This document shows, in pieces, positions 40,942 to 56,285 of a DNA stretch of 64,000 nt. The DNA comes from an uncultured Planctomycetota bacterium (GTDB lineage: Bacteria > Planctomycetota > Planctomycetia > Gemmatales > Gemmataceae), in NCBI GenBank assembly GCA_963849325.1, contig CAWKHF010000010.1, positions 320,001 through 384,000 on the forward strand, in the 5' to 3' direction. How positions within the stretch are numbered: position 1 is the stretch's first letter; every line of letters starts with the position of its first letter. The notes beneath the pieces were generated by a model. It was given only the letters and a program-made list of their open reading frames with translations. It had not been told where the DNA came from and made no database searches. The position numbers and the translations under genes are program-made.

Positions 40942-42577
40942 ATGCTCCACGACGGCAACAACGTCCATCCCCTCGAACCGGACGTGAGCAAGTCGCTCCT
41001 GCCCCAGCCGTGCCAACTGGTCATCTTCGGCGCCAGCGGCGATCTGTCCTGGCGCAAGCTGCTGCCAGCCGTGTACAACCTCAACATCGACGGCGTGCTG
41101 CCGTCGCATTTCGCCGTGGTCGGCTTCGGTCTGCCCGCCGAGGGCGACGTCAGCGGCGATGCCGACGAGTACATTCGCCACCGCGCCAAGGACGGCATCG
41201 CTCGCTTCTCGCGCCAGCCGCTCGACGACAATCACTGGGCCGACTTCGCTCGTGCCCTTTTTCTCGTGCCCGGCAGCTTCAACGATGCTCGCGCCTACGC
41301 CCAGCTCAAGGCCAAGATCGAGGCGGTCGATCAGCAGTTCGGCATTCCCGGCAGCCGCGTTTACTACCTCGCCGTGCCGCCGGCGCTGGTCGGCACCTGC
41401 GTCGATCACCTCAAAGCGGTCGGACTCGTCAACGATCCGCACGAGCCGCGCGCCTTCACGCGCGTCATCGTCGAGAAGCCGATCGGCCGCGACTTGAACA
41501 GCGCCCGCGACATCATCGCGCACCGTCGCCGCCGCCTTCGCCGAGAGCCAGACCTACCGCATCGACCATTATCTCGGCAAGGAGACGGTGCAAAACCTGT
41601 TGGTGCTGCGCTTCGCCAACAGCATCTTCGAGCCGCTGTGGAACCAGAAATACATCGACCACGTGCAGATCACCGTCGCCGAGGAAGAGGGGTTGGCCCA
41701 GTATGACGCCAAGAGCGGCGAGATGATCGCCACGCGGGCCGGCTACTACGAGGGTGTCGGCGCCCTGCGCGACATGGTGCAAAACCACATGCTCCAGGTG
41801 CTGTGCCTGGTGGCGATGGAGCCGCCGTGGTCGCTCAAGCCCGACGTGGTGCGCGACGCCAAGGTCGGCGTGCTCAACTGTCTACGCTTGATGACGCCGG
41901 CCGAGGTCGAGAAAAACGTCGTCCGCGCCCAGTACATCGAGGGGGACATCAACGGCCGCCGCGTTCCCGGCTATCGCAAGGAGGTGCGCGAGTCGTTCGA
42001 GGTCATGAAGAAACCGCTGCCGTCCGAGTCGGTCTACTCGACGACCGAGACGTTCGTGGCCCTGAAGCTGTTCATCGACAACTGGCGCTGGGCCGGCGTG
42101 CCGTTTTACCTGCGCACCGGCAAGCGTCTGCCCAAGCGCGCCAGCGAAGTCGCCATCCAGTTCAAGGACGTGCCGCAGGTGCTCTTCAACGATCATCCCG
42201 ACGTGCCGTTGGAACCGACCGTCCTGTCGCTGCGCGTGCAGCCGGAGGAAGGCTTGGCCATGCGCATCGCCTCCAAGCTGCCGGGTCCGAAGGTGCGCAT
42301 CTATCCGGTGAAGATGGAGTTTAATTATAGCTCTTCGTTCGGCGGCACGTCGCCGGAGGCTTACGAGCGGCTGATCCTCGACGTGATGGCCGGCGATGCC
42401 ACGCTGTTCATGCGCCGCGACGGCGTCGAGGCGGCGTGGCAGTTCGTCATGCCGATCCTCGACCACTGGCAGGAGCGGCACGTGCGCGACCTGCCGGAGT
42501 ACCAGTGCGGCACCTGGGGTCCGGTGGAAGCGGATCGCATCATCGTGCCGGACGGCCGACAGTGGAGGACGCTATGA
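40942..42577 (+). CDS. zwf: Glucose-6-phosphate 1-dehydrogenase (frameshift near 41520)
   Basis: IFGASGDL, EKPIG, RIDHYLGKE, RDMVQNH, RWAGVPFYLRTGK. Confidence 0.95.
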
Positions 42578-43695
42578 CCGATACACTCGCCGCGCCGCGG
42601 CCGGTGCCGCTGGGACAGGTCGAGCGCGAGCTGATTCGACAGATGAAGGCCCACCAGGGAGAGGACGAACGGCCGGTACAACGAGCGCGCATGGCCAACC
42701 TCGTCATCTACTGCCACAGCCAGGAACGGGCTGACCGGGTCAACACCGAGATTCCCGACGTGGTCGCCGTTCATCCCGCCCGCGTTCTGCTCCTGGTCGC
42801 CGATCCGGCGTCGGCGCGCACGGAGCTGACGGCCACGGTCCTGGTCCGGCCGCTGCGTCTGGGTTCGCACAACTTCGGCTTTTCCGAGCAGGTAACGCTG
42901 GAAGCCGGCGACAGCGCGGCGCATCACTTTCCCTTCGCGGTGCGAGCGCTGCTGATCGGCGACCTGCCGACGAACCTGTGGTGGGCGGCGCCGGTGCCGC
43001 CGCCCCTCGCCGGCCCACTGCTGTATGAGTTGGGCGAGCACGCTCAACAGATTGTCTACGACAGCATGGGTTGGCCGGACCCGGCGCGCGGCGTGGCCGC
43101 CACCGCCGGCTGGCTGGAACAGGCCGAGCGCCGCGATGGCGCCGAGCGCTGGCGCGTCGCCTCCGACATCAATTGGCGCAGGCTGAAATACTGGCGCCGC
43201 ATGTTGACGCAAGCCCTGGAAGGCGCGGAGGACCGCGGCGTCTTCGAGAGTGCCTGCGAGGTCCGCGTCGATCACGGGCCGCACGCCGTCGTACAGGCGT
43301 GGATGCTAATGAGCTGGCTGACGGGCCAGCTCCGCTGGCAGGTGCGGACGGGCAAGGTCGAGCCGGGCGTCGAGATGGTCTGGCGCTTCCACGGCCCCAC
43401 TGGCGAGCCGCTGGTGCGCATTCGCCGCGTCGAGGACGGGCCGGAGGAGGTGCAGCGCATCCATATCCGCTGCCGACTCGACGGCCGCGACGCCGCCCTG
43501 AACCTGTTCGTGCAGGACGGTCAGCGCTTGGCGATGCAGCTGGAAGGCGTCGCGGAAGCGCCGCGCACCATGACGGTGCCGCCGCACACGCCAGCGGAAT
43601 TGGTCGGCCGCCAACTGTCCGACCGCGAACGCGATCCGGTCTTCCGCGAAAGCATGGCCGTGGCGCAGGTCATGGCCCGCAGCCTACTGGAGTGA
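42574..43695 (+). CDS. opcA: G6PD assembly/effector protein OpcA
   Basis: HPARVLLL, LLIGDLPTNLWW, IVYDS, DINWRRL..WR; ATGA overlap with zwf. Confidence 0.9.
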   Translation: MTDTLAAPRPVPLGQVERELIRQMKAHQGEDERPVQRARMANLVIYCHSQERADRVNTEIPDVVAVHPARVLLLVADPASARTELTATVLVRPLRLGSHNFGFSEQVTLEAGDSAAHHFPFAVRALLIGDLPTNLWWAAPVPPPLAGPLLYELGEHAQQIVYDSMGWPDPARGVAATAGWLEQAERRDGAERWRVASDINWRRLKYWRRMLTQALEGAEDRGVFESACEVRVDHGPHAVVQAWMLMSWLTGQLRWQVRTGKVEPGVEMVWRFHGPTGEPLVRIRRVEDGPEEVQRIHIRCRLDGRDAALNLFVQDGQRLAMQLEGVAEAPRTMTVPPHTPAELVGRQLSDRERDPVFRESMAVAQVMARSLLE

Positions 43696-44298
43696 TCCGT
43701 GCGCGTTCAGGATCAGCGTAAAGTCGGGGAGCAAGCGCGTGGAGTAGCTATCGCCGCCGGCAATCTCGATGGCCTGCTGCCAGCGTTGACCGCGGCGACG
43801 ATGGACGATCAGCGACGGTTGATCGGCGTTGTTTCGCGGGTCGATGATCCAGTATTCGCGGATGGACGGCACGTGCAGGTAGAGATCGCGGTTGCGGACG
43901 AGGTCTTTTTTCGCGGTATCCGCGGAGATGACCTCCGCCACGAGGATCGGGCTAATATCTTGCCAGCGTCGTTGCCTCAGGGGCAGGTCGAACGGGTAGT
44001 CTCGGTAGGCGGCGACATCCGGTTCCGGAGCCGTCGTCGCCCGTCGCCCCGGCACGAACACTCGCGCTGGGCCCTTCACGCGGTTGATGATTTCTGGATG
44101 CTGCCGCATGTACTCGACGAGACTATCCCTCAGCCAATCTTGTAACTCGTCATGGGGCAGGTCAGGTAGAGGCGACACTTCGAGTTTCCCATCAATGAGT
44201 TCGTAGTGATAACCTTCCTGACCATCGGCGTGTTCAAACTCTTCCAGCGATAGCGCGCGTCCTCGGTCCTTGGGCGTCAGGTAGAGTTGCGTCGTCAT
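43684..44298 (-). CDS. Uma2 family endonuclease
   Basis: YELIDGKL, PEPDV, LVAEVIS, SIREYWIIDP. Confidence 0.9.
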   Translation of the reverse strand: MTTQLYLTPKDRGRALSLEEFEHADGQEGYHYELIDGKLEVSPLPDLPHDELQDWLRDSLVEYMRQHPEIINRVKGPARVFVPGRRATTAPEPDVAAYRDYPFDLPLRQRRWQDISPILVAEVISADTAKKDLVRNRDLYLHVPSIREYWIIDPRNNADQPSLIVHRRRGQRWQQAIEIAGGDSYSTRLLPDFTLILNAHGSLQ

Positions 44299-44324
44299 GC
44301 TCTTCTCCTCGAACGGTTGTGCCG

Positions 44325-45622
44325 TCAGATCGAAAAAATGTTCGCCCCCCGTGCCGGGTCCGCGTCCGTCCGACGAACCAGCGCCGGCGCCGCCGTCCGG
44401 CTGTGGTCGTGGCCGCGATAGACGCCGAAATCGTTGAACCAGTAGCGTTTCGCCAGCCGATACAGCCAGTTCTTTTCGGGGATCTCGCCGCCCGGGTTGT
44501 ACTGCGACGTGCGCACCTGCATCGCCTCCAGCTCGGCCAGGGCCGTGCCGCGCACCGTCGAGTCTTGCGCGCCGTGCTTCTCGACCAGTTGCTTGAGCAG
44601 GTCGGGCCGCTCCAGCACGATGCAGCCGCGCGTCGTCGATTGGGCCAGGTCGCGGAAGTCGCGCAGGAACGCGCGAGTGCAGGAACTTGTCGCGCAGCGA
44701 ACGCGGGTCGGCCTCGCTGGCATGGATCGACTCCTTCGTGAACTGCACGATGGGGCACGGCTCGATGTCGCCCCACGGGTTGATGTGATGGCTGATGCCG
44801 GTCGCCGCCGGACACAAGGCCCGGCCCTCGCCGTCGTAATAGGCGTCGACGATGATGATCGGCTTCTTCGCCCGCATCTCGACGACGAACCGCCGCGCCC
44901 GCAACTGCTGCTCGGGCGTCAGGCAGAGTTGCGGATTGGCGTCCGGCCCCATCGGCCGATAGACGTGGAACCAGGTGTACATCACGCCCATGTCGATGAG
45001 GCGATCGATCCACTTTTCCGTGAGCAGATCGTCGATGTTCGTCTGGCAGAGGCTGGTGCAGACGCCGGTGAAGACCTTGTTCTTCAGGCAGTTGTGCACG
45101 CCCTGCATGGTCTTGCTGAAGACGTCGGCGCCGGCCGCGGCGCTCGTCGCTGACGATCTCGTTGCCCTCGACGCTGATGAGCGGCGTCACGTTGCCGAGC
45201 TGCCGCAGGCGTCGGGCCTTGTCGTCGGTGATGAACTGGCCGTTGGTGAAGACCTGGAAGTAGCAGTCGGGATGCGCGGCGAGCATGTCGAGCAGGTGCG
45301 GGTGCATGAACGGCTCGCCGCCGACGATGCCGAAGAAGACGTTGCCCATCTCCTTGGCTTCGCGGACCAGCTGGTGCAACGCCTCCGGCTGAATGATCTC
45401 CTGCTTGGCGGCCACATCGACCCAGCAGCCCTGGCAGCGCAGGTTGCAGCTATTGATGATCGAGACGTACAGAAACGGCGGAAAGACCTCGCCGCGCCGC
45501 AGCCGCCGCTTGTGCCGCTCGACCGACAGCATGCCCTTGAAGCCCATGTTCCAGGCCAGCTTCCAGAAGAGCCGCTTGTCGGTCTCCAGCAACAGACGCT
45601 TCGCCATCTTCAGTAGGTACAT
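44325..45622 (-). CDS. Radical SAM/SPASM-like protein (two frameshifts)
   Basis: CNLRCQGC, GGEPF, FTNG, CPAA..HINPWGDIEPCP. Confidence 0.88.
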
Positions 45623-45726
45623 GATCGCCTCTCGGTGTGCTTCGGTCGCCGTGGACCCTCTCTAGGGTATCCGCCGCAACGACTTCCGGAAAGCAAGCCT
45701 TCGCGCCGCGACGGAATAGGCACCAA

Positions 45727-45742
45727 AGGCATCCCTTTTGCA
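45727..45742 (+). promoter_or_regulatory. Putative sigma-54 promoter
   Basis: AGGCATCCCTTTTGCA, GG-N10-GC, about 90 nt upstream of the ATG at 45833. Confidence 0.45.
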
Positions 45743-45832
45743 CTACTTTCCTCTGTCCCCTTGGGGTTGGCAAGAGATGGTTCGCATTCCGCGGGCCGTA
45801 ACCGCGAGTGTCGTAAGGATTGGAGGAGCATC

Positions 45833-46309
45833 ATGTATCGACGCATTGGCATGGGCGTGCTCGGGCTCGCCCTTCTGGCCCTGGTTGGTCCCGCTGGAGT
45901 TCCGACACGAGCGGAGGACGCGGCGGAGAAGGCGTCTCACGCGCATGGATACTTCGACGTCTGCGCCAAGGCTTGCGCCGACTGCCAACTCCAGTGCGAT
46001 TCCTGCCATCATCACTGCGCTCACCTGGTCGCCGAAGGCAAGAAAGACCACTTCGCTACCATGCGGCTGTGTAACGACTGCGCCGCCGTGTGCGCCGTGT
46101 CCGCCCGCATCGCCAGCGGTCACGGTCCTCTGTCCGTGACCATTTGCGAGTCGTGCGCCAAAGCTTGTGACATCTGCGGCGCTGCCTGCGAAAAACACCC
46201 TTCCGACGAGCACATGGTCAAGTGTGCCAAGGCTTGCCGTGACTGTGCCAAGGCTTGCCGCGACATGATCCAACACGCCGGCCACGCCTCCACCGAGAAA
46301 AAACCCTGA
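45833..46309 (+). CDS. Four-helix-bundle copper-storage-like protein (Csp/DUF326), exported
   Basis: 18 Cys in CxxxC/CxxC spacing; N-terminal signal peptide. Confidence 0.85.
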   Translation: MYRRIGMGVLGLALLALVGPAGVPTRAEDAAEKASHAHGYFDVCAKACADCQLQCDSCHHHCAHLVAEGKKDHFATMRLCNDCAAVCAVSARIASGHGPLSVTICESCAKACDICGAACEKHPSDEHMVKCAKACRDCAKACRDMIQHAGHASTEKKP

Positions 46310-46333
46310 GCCGGCAGCCCAGCCGCCCTCCAG

Positions 46334-46368
46334 CAGCCGTCCGGGCGAACCGGACGGCTGTTCTTTTT
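46334..46368 (+). terminator. Rho-independent terminator
   Basis: 11-bp stem cagccgtccgg/ccggacggctg followed by ttcttttt. Confidence 0.85.
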
Positions 46369-46422
46369 GTCTCCGTCCTCATCCTCCGCAGGAGATGTGA
46401 CTTGCCACGAGGCCGCAAATTA

Positions 46423-46465
46423 TCTAGTATTAGGAAAATTCATGCTAACGTCTCTTGATATTAGA
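46423..46465. promoter_or_regulatory. Two putative LysR T-N11-A boxes
   Basis: tctagtattagga (46423-46435) and tcttgatattaga (46453-46465) in an AT-rich patch. Confidence 0.45.
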
Positions 46466-46489
46466 GAAAGACATGGTAGGATTCAGCCC

Positions 46490-47444
46490 ATGCAATTTGA
46501 AGCTCTCCAGGTGTTCTGCGACATTGCTCGCTGTCGTAGCTTTTCGCAGGCGGCCGCGGCACAGCAGCCGCCGCTTACCCAGTCGGCCGTCAGCCAGATC
46601 GTCCACCAGCTGGAACGACGGCTGGGGGTGCAGTTGATCAACCGCTCGACGCGGCCGCTGCAACTGACGGCACTGGGGCAGGCTTATTACGAGGGCTGCA
46701 AGGAACTGGTCGAGCACTACTTGGAGCTGGAAGCGTCCATCCGGCGGGGCCGACCGGAGCTGACGGCCACCGTGCAGGTGGCGGCCATCTACTCCGTCGG
46801 CCTGGGCGACATGGGCCATTACGTCGCGCGCTTCACCGACGAGCAGCCGTTCGCCCGTGTCCACGTCGAGTACCTGCACTCCAGCCGCGTCGTTGGCAAG
46901 GTACGGGATGGCAGCGCGGACCTGGGGCTGGTATCGTTCCCGCGCAAGTCGCGCGAGCTGGTCGTGCTGCCGTGGCGGGAGGAGGAAATGGTGGTCGCCT
47001 GCCAGCCGTCGCACCCGCTGGCCCGTTGGCCGTCGGTGAGGCCGGAGCAGCTGGCCGGCGAAAAGTACATCGCCTTCGACAAGGAGCTGGGCATCCGCCG
47101 CCAGGTCGATCGCTTCCTGCGGCAGCAGCGGCGTCTCGGTCGAGGTGGCGCTGGAGTTCGACAACATCGAGAACATCAAAAAAGGTCTGGAGATCGCCGG
47201 CGGCGTGGCGCTGCTGCCGGAGCCGACGCTGCGGCAGGAGGTCGAGGCGAACTTGCTGGTGGCCCGGCCGCTGGCCGGCTGCCGCTTCGTGCGTCCCCTG
47301 GCCATCCTGTGCAGCCGCCAGCACCAGCCCAGCCCGGCGGCCCAGCGCTTCATCGAACTGCTGCGGCAAAATGGCAGCCCCCATGATCGGCACCAGAGTA
47401 ACGGCACGGCCCACGATCGGAACGGCCCGAGAAGGAAGAAGTGA
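46490..47444 (+). CDS. LysR-family regulator upstream of gltB (frameshift near 47125)
   Basis: SFSQAA..TQSAVSQ..LERRLGVQLINR; substrate-binding domain. Confidence 0.9.
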
Positions 47445-47445
47445 C

Positions 47446-52146
<4,701 letters not shown>

Positions 52147-52164
52147 TTCGCAGGTCTTTCGCCC

Positions 52165-52434
52165 ATGCCGCCGCTGATACCGCTGCATCCGGATAACTCC
52201 CTGAGTCCGGCCAAACTGGCGGAGTACGCGAAGGCATCGATTCAGACCCTGATCGATTCGTTGCGGCCCGGACAAACAGGCTCTTTGAAGGTCAGGCCGG
52301 ACGGTACGATGGTGGATGGGCACCATCGCATCAAGATCCTTCGAGATCGCGGAGTGGACGTGGATTCGCTACCTCGTGAGATCGTTGCCCAAGCTGGAGG
52401 TGCGGGACATGAGGACGGAATTGTACTGGATTGA
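52165..52434 (+). CDS. Minimal ParB/Sulfiredoxin-like domain protein
   Basis: LIDSL..LKV.PDGTMVDGHHRIKIL. Confidence 0.7.
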   Translation: MPPLIPLHPDNSLSPAKLAEYAKASIQTLIDSLRPGQTGSLKVRPDGTMVDGHHRIKILRDRGVDVDSLPREIVAQAGGAGHEDGIVLD

Positions 52435-52961
52435 GGGACCGTGGCGTGGACGACTAGCGATCATGCCGCGGCCCCGAGGAGGGGACTGGCTGAAAGAGGA
52501 AATCGCCTCCTGGCAGCGCGCCGGCCTTCATTCGGTAGTTTCTGCCCTAACAAGGGAGGAAACTGCGGAACTGGATCTAACTCGTGAGCGAGAATGGTGC
52601 GCTGAAGCGGGGATCGCGTTCGTCGCTTTTCCGATCGCAGATCGGGGCGTTCCCTCATCTCGGGCGACCACGTTGGAGTTAGTGCGCCGACTGGGAGCAA
52701 GCCTTGACGCGAGGAGAGAAAATCGTCATTCATTGCCGCCATGGAGTGGGTAGGGCGGCGTTGCTGGCGGCATGTATCCTGGCGGCGGGCGGGATCGATC
52801 CGGCGACGGCGTTTGACCGCATCGCGGTTGCGCGTGGCTGCGCCGTTCCGGATACGAGCGTTCAACGGGAATGGGTCGCGCGGTTCGCGCGTGATCTGCT
52901 GACTCCTCTCTCCGGCGGAGACTCCGTCGCGGGAGATGTCTCCGAGCGGACGCACTCATGA
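52409..52961 (+). CDS. Protein-tyrosine/dual-specificity (CX5R) phosphatase (frameshift near 52710)
   Basis: GGAGGT RBS; FPIADRGVP acid loop; VIHCRHGVGRA P-loop; PDT..Q. Confidence 0.88.
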
Positions 52962-53108
52962 GGAAACTCCATGAAGCCGATCGCGCCGCCGCCGCCGGGG
53001 CCGTATCCGCTCCATTACGATCCGTTACCGGATCATACGCGCTTGTCGGATCGCTAAATTGCGTGAACTCGGCATCGATCCCGAGTCTCTGTAAGGGGAG
53101 GGCATGCA

Positions 53109-53743
53109 ATGTTCGGAGACGGTTCCCTGACGTTTCGGGAGTTTATGATGCGCGAACCGCTGCCGCTGGCCACGATTCATGACGCCGTCCTTGAATTCCT
53201 TCGTGGCCGCGATGATGCCGTCCTCTTTGGCGCCCAGGCGGTCAATGCCTACGTTAAAGACCCTCGTATGACGCAGGACGTTGATATTGCCTCCCCTCGC
53301 GCCGAGGAATTGGCCGAGGAGCTGAGAAACTTCCTCAATCAGAAGTTCCACATCGCCGTGCGCGTTCGCACGGTGCGAGGAGGCATCGGTTATCGGATTT
53401 ATCAAATCCAGAAGCCGGAGAATCGACATCTCGTCGATGTGCGTCCAATAGATGCGCTGCCTCCTCACCAACGTGTGGAAGGCGTTCTGGTCGTCACTCC
53501 ATCGCAATTGATCTGCGAAAAGGTTTTCAGCATGGTTTCGCGTGGGAAAAAACGGAAGGGATTCATGGATCGGGCCGATCTCTATGCCCTCCTTTTAACT
53601 TTCCCCGAGTTGAAGACGGACGAAGGGCCGGTGATCGAATGCCTTCGCGCCGCTGGCGCGCGGCGGAAATGCTGGCCGCCTGGAAGGAGTTAGTTGCTCA
53701 AGAAATCCTCCCTGAGGACGACGCGGAGGAGTTCGGAGGTTGA
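53109..53743 (+). CDS. Nucleotidyltransferase, AbiEii/MNT-like (frameshift near 53660)
   Basis: LFGAQAVNAY..PRMTQDVDI, K....R....D..DL. Confidence 0.75.
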
Positions 53744-53775
53744 GCCGGACCACTTCTTGATTCGAGGTTGCGAGA

Positions 53776-55261
53776 ATGGGTAAACCAACGGGATTTCTGG
53801 AGTTTCCGCGAGAACTGCCGCTGGTGCGGCCTCCGGCGGAGCGTATTCACGACTGGTCCGAGTTCCACGAGCACGCCGACGAGAAAAAACTGCGTACCCA
53901 GGGCGCTCGCTGCATGGACTGCGGCGTGCCCTTCTGCCACACCGGTTCGCTTCTCGAAGGCATGGCCGCCGGCTGCCCCATCAATAACCTCATCCCCGAG
54001 TGGAACGATCTCGTCTATCGTGGATTGTGGCGCGAGGCTCTGGAACGCCTGCACAAGACCAATAACTTCCCCGAGTTCACCGGCCGAGTCTGTCCGGCGC
54101 CGTGCGAAGGCTCGTGCGTGCTGGGCATCAACGAGCCGCCGGTGACCATCAAGATCGATCGAGTGCGCCATCATCGATAAGGGCTTCGAGGAAGGCTGGG
54201 TCCAGCCCGAGCCGCCGGCGGTGCGCACCGGCAAGAAGGTAGCGGTCGTCGGCTCCGGGCCGTCCGGACTCGCTGCCGCCGCCCAGCTCAACAAGGCCGG
54301 CCACTGGGTCACGGTCTTCGAGCGCGCCGACCGCGTCGGCGGCCTGCTCATGTACGGCATCCCCAACATGAAACTCGACAAGCGCCAGGTCGTGCAGCGC
54401 CGCGTCGATCTGCTGAAGGCCGAGGGCATCGTCTTCATCACCGGCTGCGAGGTCGGCAAGGACTACCCGGCCGACAAGCTGCGCCGGGAGTTCGACGCCA
54501 TCGTCCTGTGCGGCGGCGCGACCAAGCCGCGCGACCTGCCCATCGAAGGCCGTCAGCTGAAGGGCGTCCACTTCGCCATGGAGTTCCTGCACGCCAACAC
54601 CAAGAGCCTGCTCGACAGCGATCACGCCGACGGCCAGTACATCTCGGCCAAGGGCAAGGACGTCATCGTCATCGGCGGCGGCGACACCGGCACCGACTGC
54701 GTCGGCACGTCCATGCGGCACGGCTGCAAGAGTCTGGTGCAGTTCGAGATCCTGCCCATGCCGCCTTTGAGCCGCGCCCCGGACAACCCCTGGCCGCAGT
54801 GGCCCAAGGTCTACAACCTCGATTACGGTCAGGAAGAGGCGAAGGCGCTGTTCGGCAACGACCCGCGCGAGTACCTGATCCAGACCAAAAAATTCGTCGG
54901 CGATGCCAAGGATCAGGTCAAGGAGCTGCACACGATCCGCGTGGAATGGGTCAAGGACAATGGCCGAGCGATCCCGCGCGAGGTGCCTGGCTCGGAGCAG
55001 CGTCTTCCCGTCCAGCTCGTGCTGCTGGCGATGGGATTCCTTGGTCCGGAGAATCAACTGCTCGACCAGCTCGGCGTCGAAAAGGATGCTCGCTCCAACG
55101 CCAAGGCGGAGCACGGCAAGTTCGCCACGAGCGTGCCGGGCGTGTTCGCCGCCGGCGACATGCGGCGCGGCCAGAGCTTGATCGTATGGGCCATCAACGA
55201 GGGCCGAGGCGCCGCCCGCGAGTGCGACCGCTTCCTGATGGGCGATACGCAACTACCGTGA
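53776..55261 (+). CDS. gltD: Glutamate synthase small subunit (frameshift near 54157)
   Basis: [51 protein letters not shown]. Confidence 0.95.
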
Positions 55262-55279
55262 ATGACGAGGAAGTATTTA

Positions 55280-55336
55280 TCCGAGCCGGAAGCGTCAGCG
55301 AAGAGGAGCTCTCTCCGTTGACGCTTCCGGCTCGGA
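55280..55336. repeat. REP-like palindrome
   Basis: tccgagccggaagcgtcagcg / cgttgacgcttccggctcgga. Confidence 0.85.
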
Positions 55337-55423
55337 ACGCGGATGGGGCTTGTTGCGCGGCTACTCGAAACCTATAATTATCTGGTTGCTTGTTACGGTG
55401 CGGTTCGGCCTGGACGGGGAGCG

Positions 55424-55873
55424 ATGCGAATGGCAGCCACACCGGCGCCCTGGAACCTGACCCTTGCCAGCGATTTGCGTTTGCTGGCCCTGGCACGGTC
55501 CTTCGTGGAGGGCGTCTGCCGCGTGGCTGGCTGTGACGAGAAGACGACTCACGCCGTCGTCGTGGCCACCGATGAGGCCGTCAACAACGTCATGCGACAC
55601 GCTCACCAGGGCCGGCCGGAAGCCACTATCCAGATCCAGTGTTTTCTCCACCCCGACAGCATCGAAGTCCGCTTGCTTGACGAAGGTGCGCCGTTCGACC
55701 TCGCCTCGGTGCCGCACCTCGACCCCGGCGAACTGCGCATCGGCGGCCGCGGCGTCTTTCTCATGCGCGCTCTCATGGACGAGTTGAGCTGCCAGCCGCG
55801 CGGCGAATGCGGCAACACTCTGCGCATGGTTAAACGCTGTCAGTCCCTGACGCCCATCCTCAAGGGCGCCTGA
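55424..55873 (+). CDS. RsbW/SpoIIAB-like anti-sigma kinase (HATPase_c_2)
   Basis: DEAVNNVMRHA, DEGAPFD, GGRGVFLM. Confidence 0.88.
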   Translation: MRMAATPAPWNLTLASDLRLLALARSFVEGVCRVAGCDEKTTHAVVVATDEAVNNVMRHAHQGRPEATIQIQCFLHPDSIEVRLLDEGAPFDLASVPHLDPGELRIGGRGVFLMRALMDELSCQPRGECGNTLRMVKRCQSLTPILKGA

Positions 55874-55980
55874 GCATCTCCAGACTACGCGTTGTCCTCG
55901 AAGCGCCGGGCATAGCCGGAGCAACATGCCTTCCGCGAGCGCCCGTCTCCGCTTCGTCTCTCGCCGGCGCGGGATTTGTC

Positions 55981-56008
55981 TGAATCTTGCCAGGCTTGGC
56001 GACGATAA
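55981..56008 (+). promoter_or_regulatory. Putative sigma-28 promoter
   Basis: TGAA-N16-GACGATAA versus consensus TAAA-N15/16-GCCGATAA, upstream of a flgM-like gene. Confidence 0.45.
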
Positions 56009-56285
56009 CTAGATGCAGAAGGGCGGAGAGAGTAGTCCTACCGTGGCGACTTTCTTCGACCCCCGCAGTTGTCCTCATCTGCCCGGAGCGTTCGCTCCAG
56101 CCATCGGGAGGGCTGCGGAAAGTTCAGACCCTGGAAGATTCGGAAAACCCGTCATGGTCGGAGCCGCCTTTTCCTATCCGGAAGGCTCCGTGGGTTGATT
56201 CGTGCAAATCTCAACCAGTAGAATGAGCCTGCCGTCGTGGCGCGGTTCCCCGCACAAATCCCACGCCGTCAGGAGAGAGGGTCCC

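Noticed and set aside
46223-46264. 21-nt tandem repeat
   Set aside because: It simply encodes the CAKACRD helix repeat of the copper-storage-like protein.
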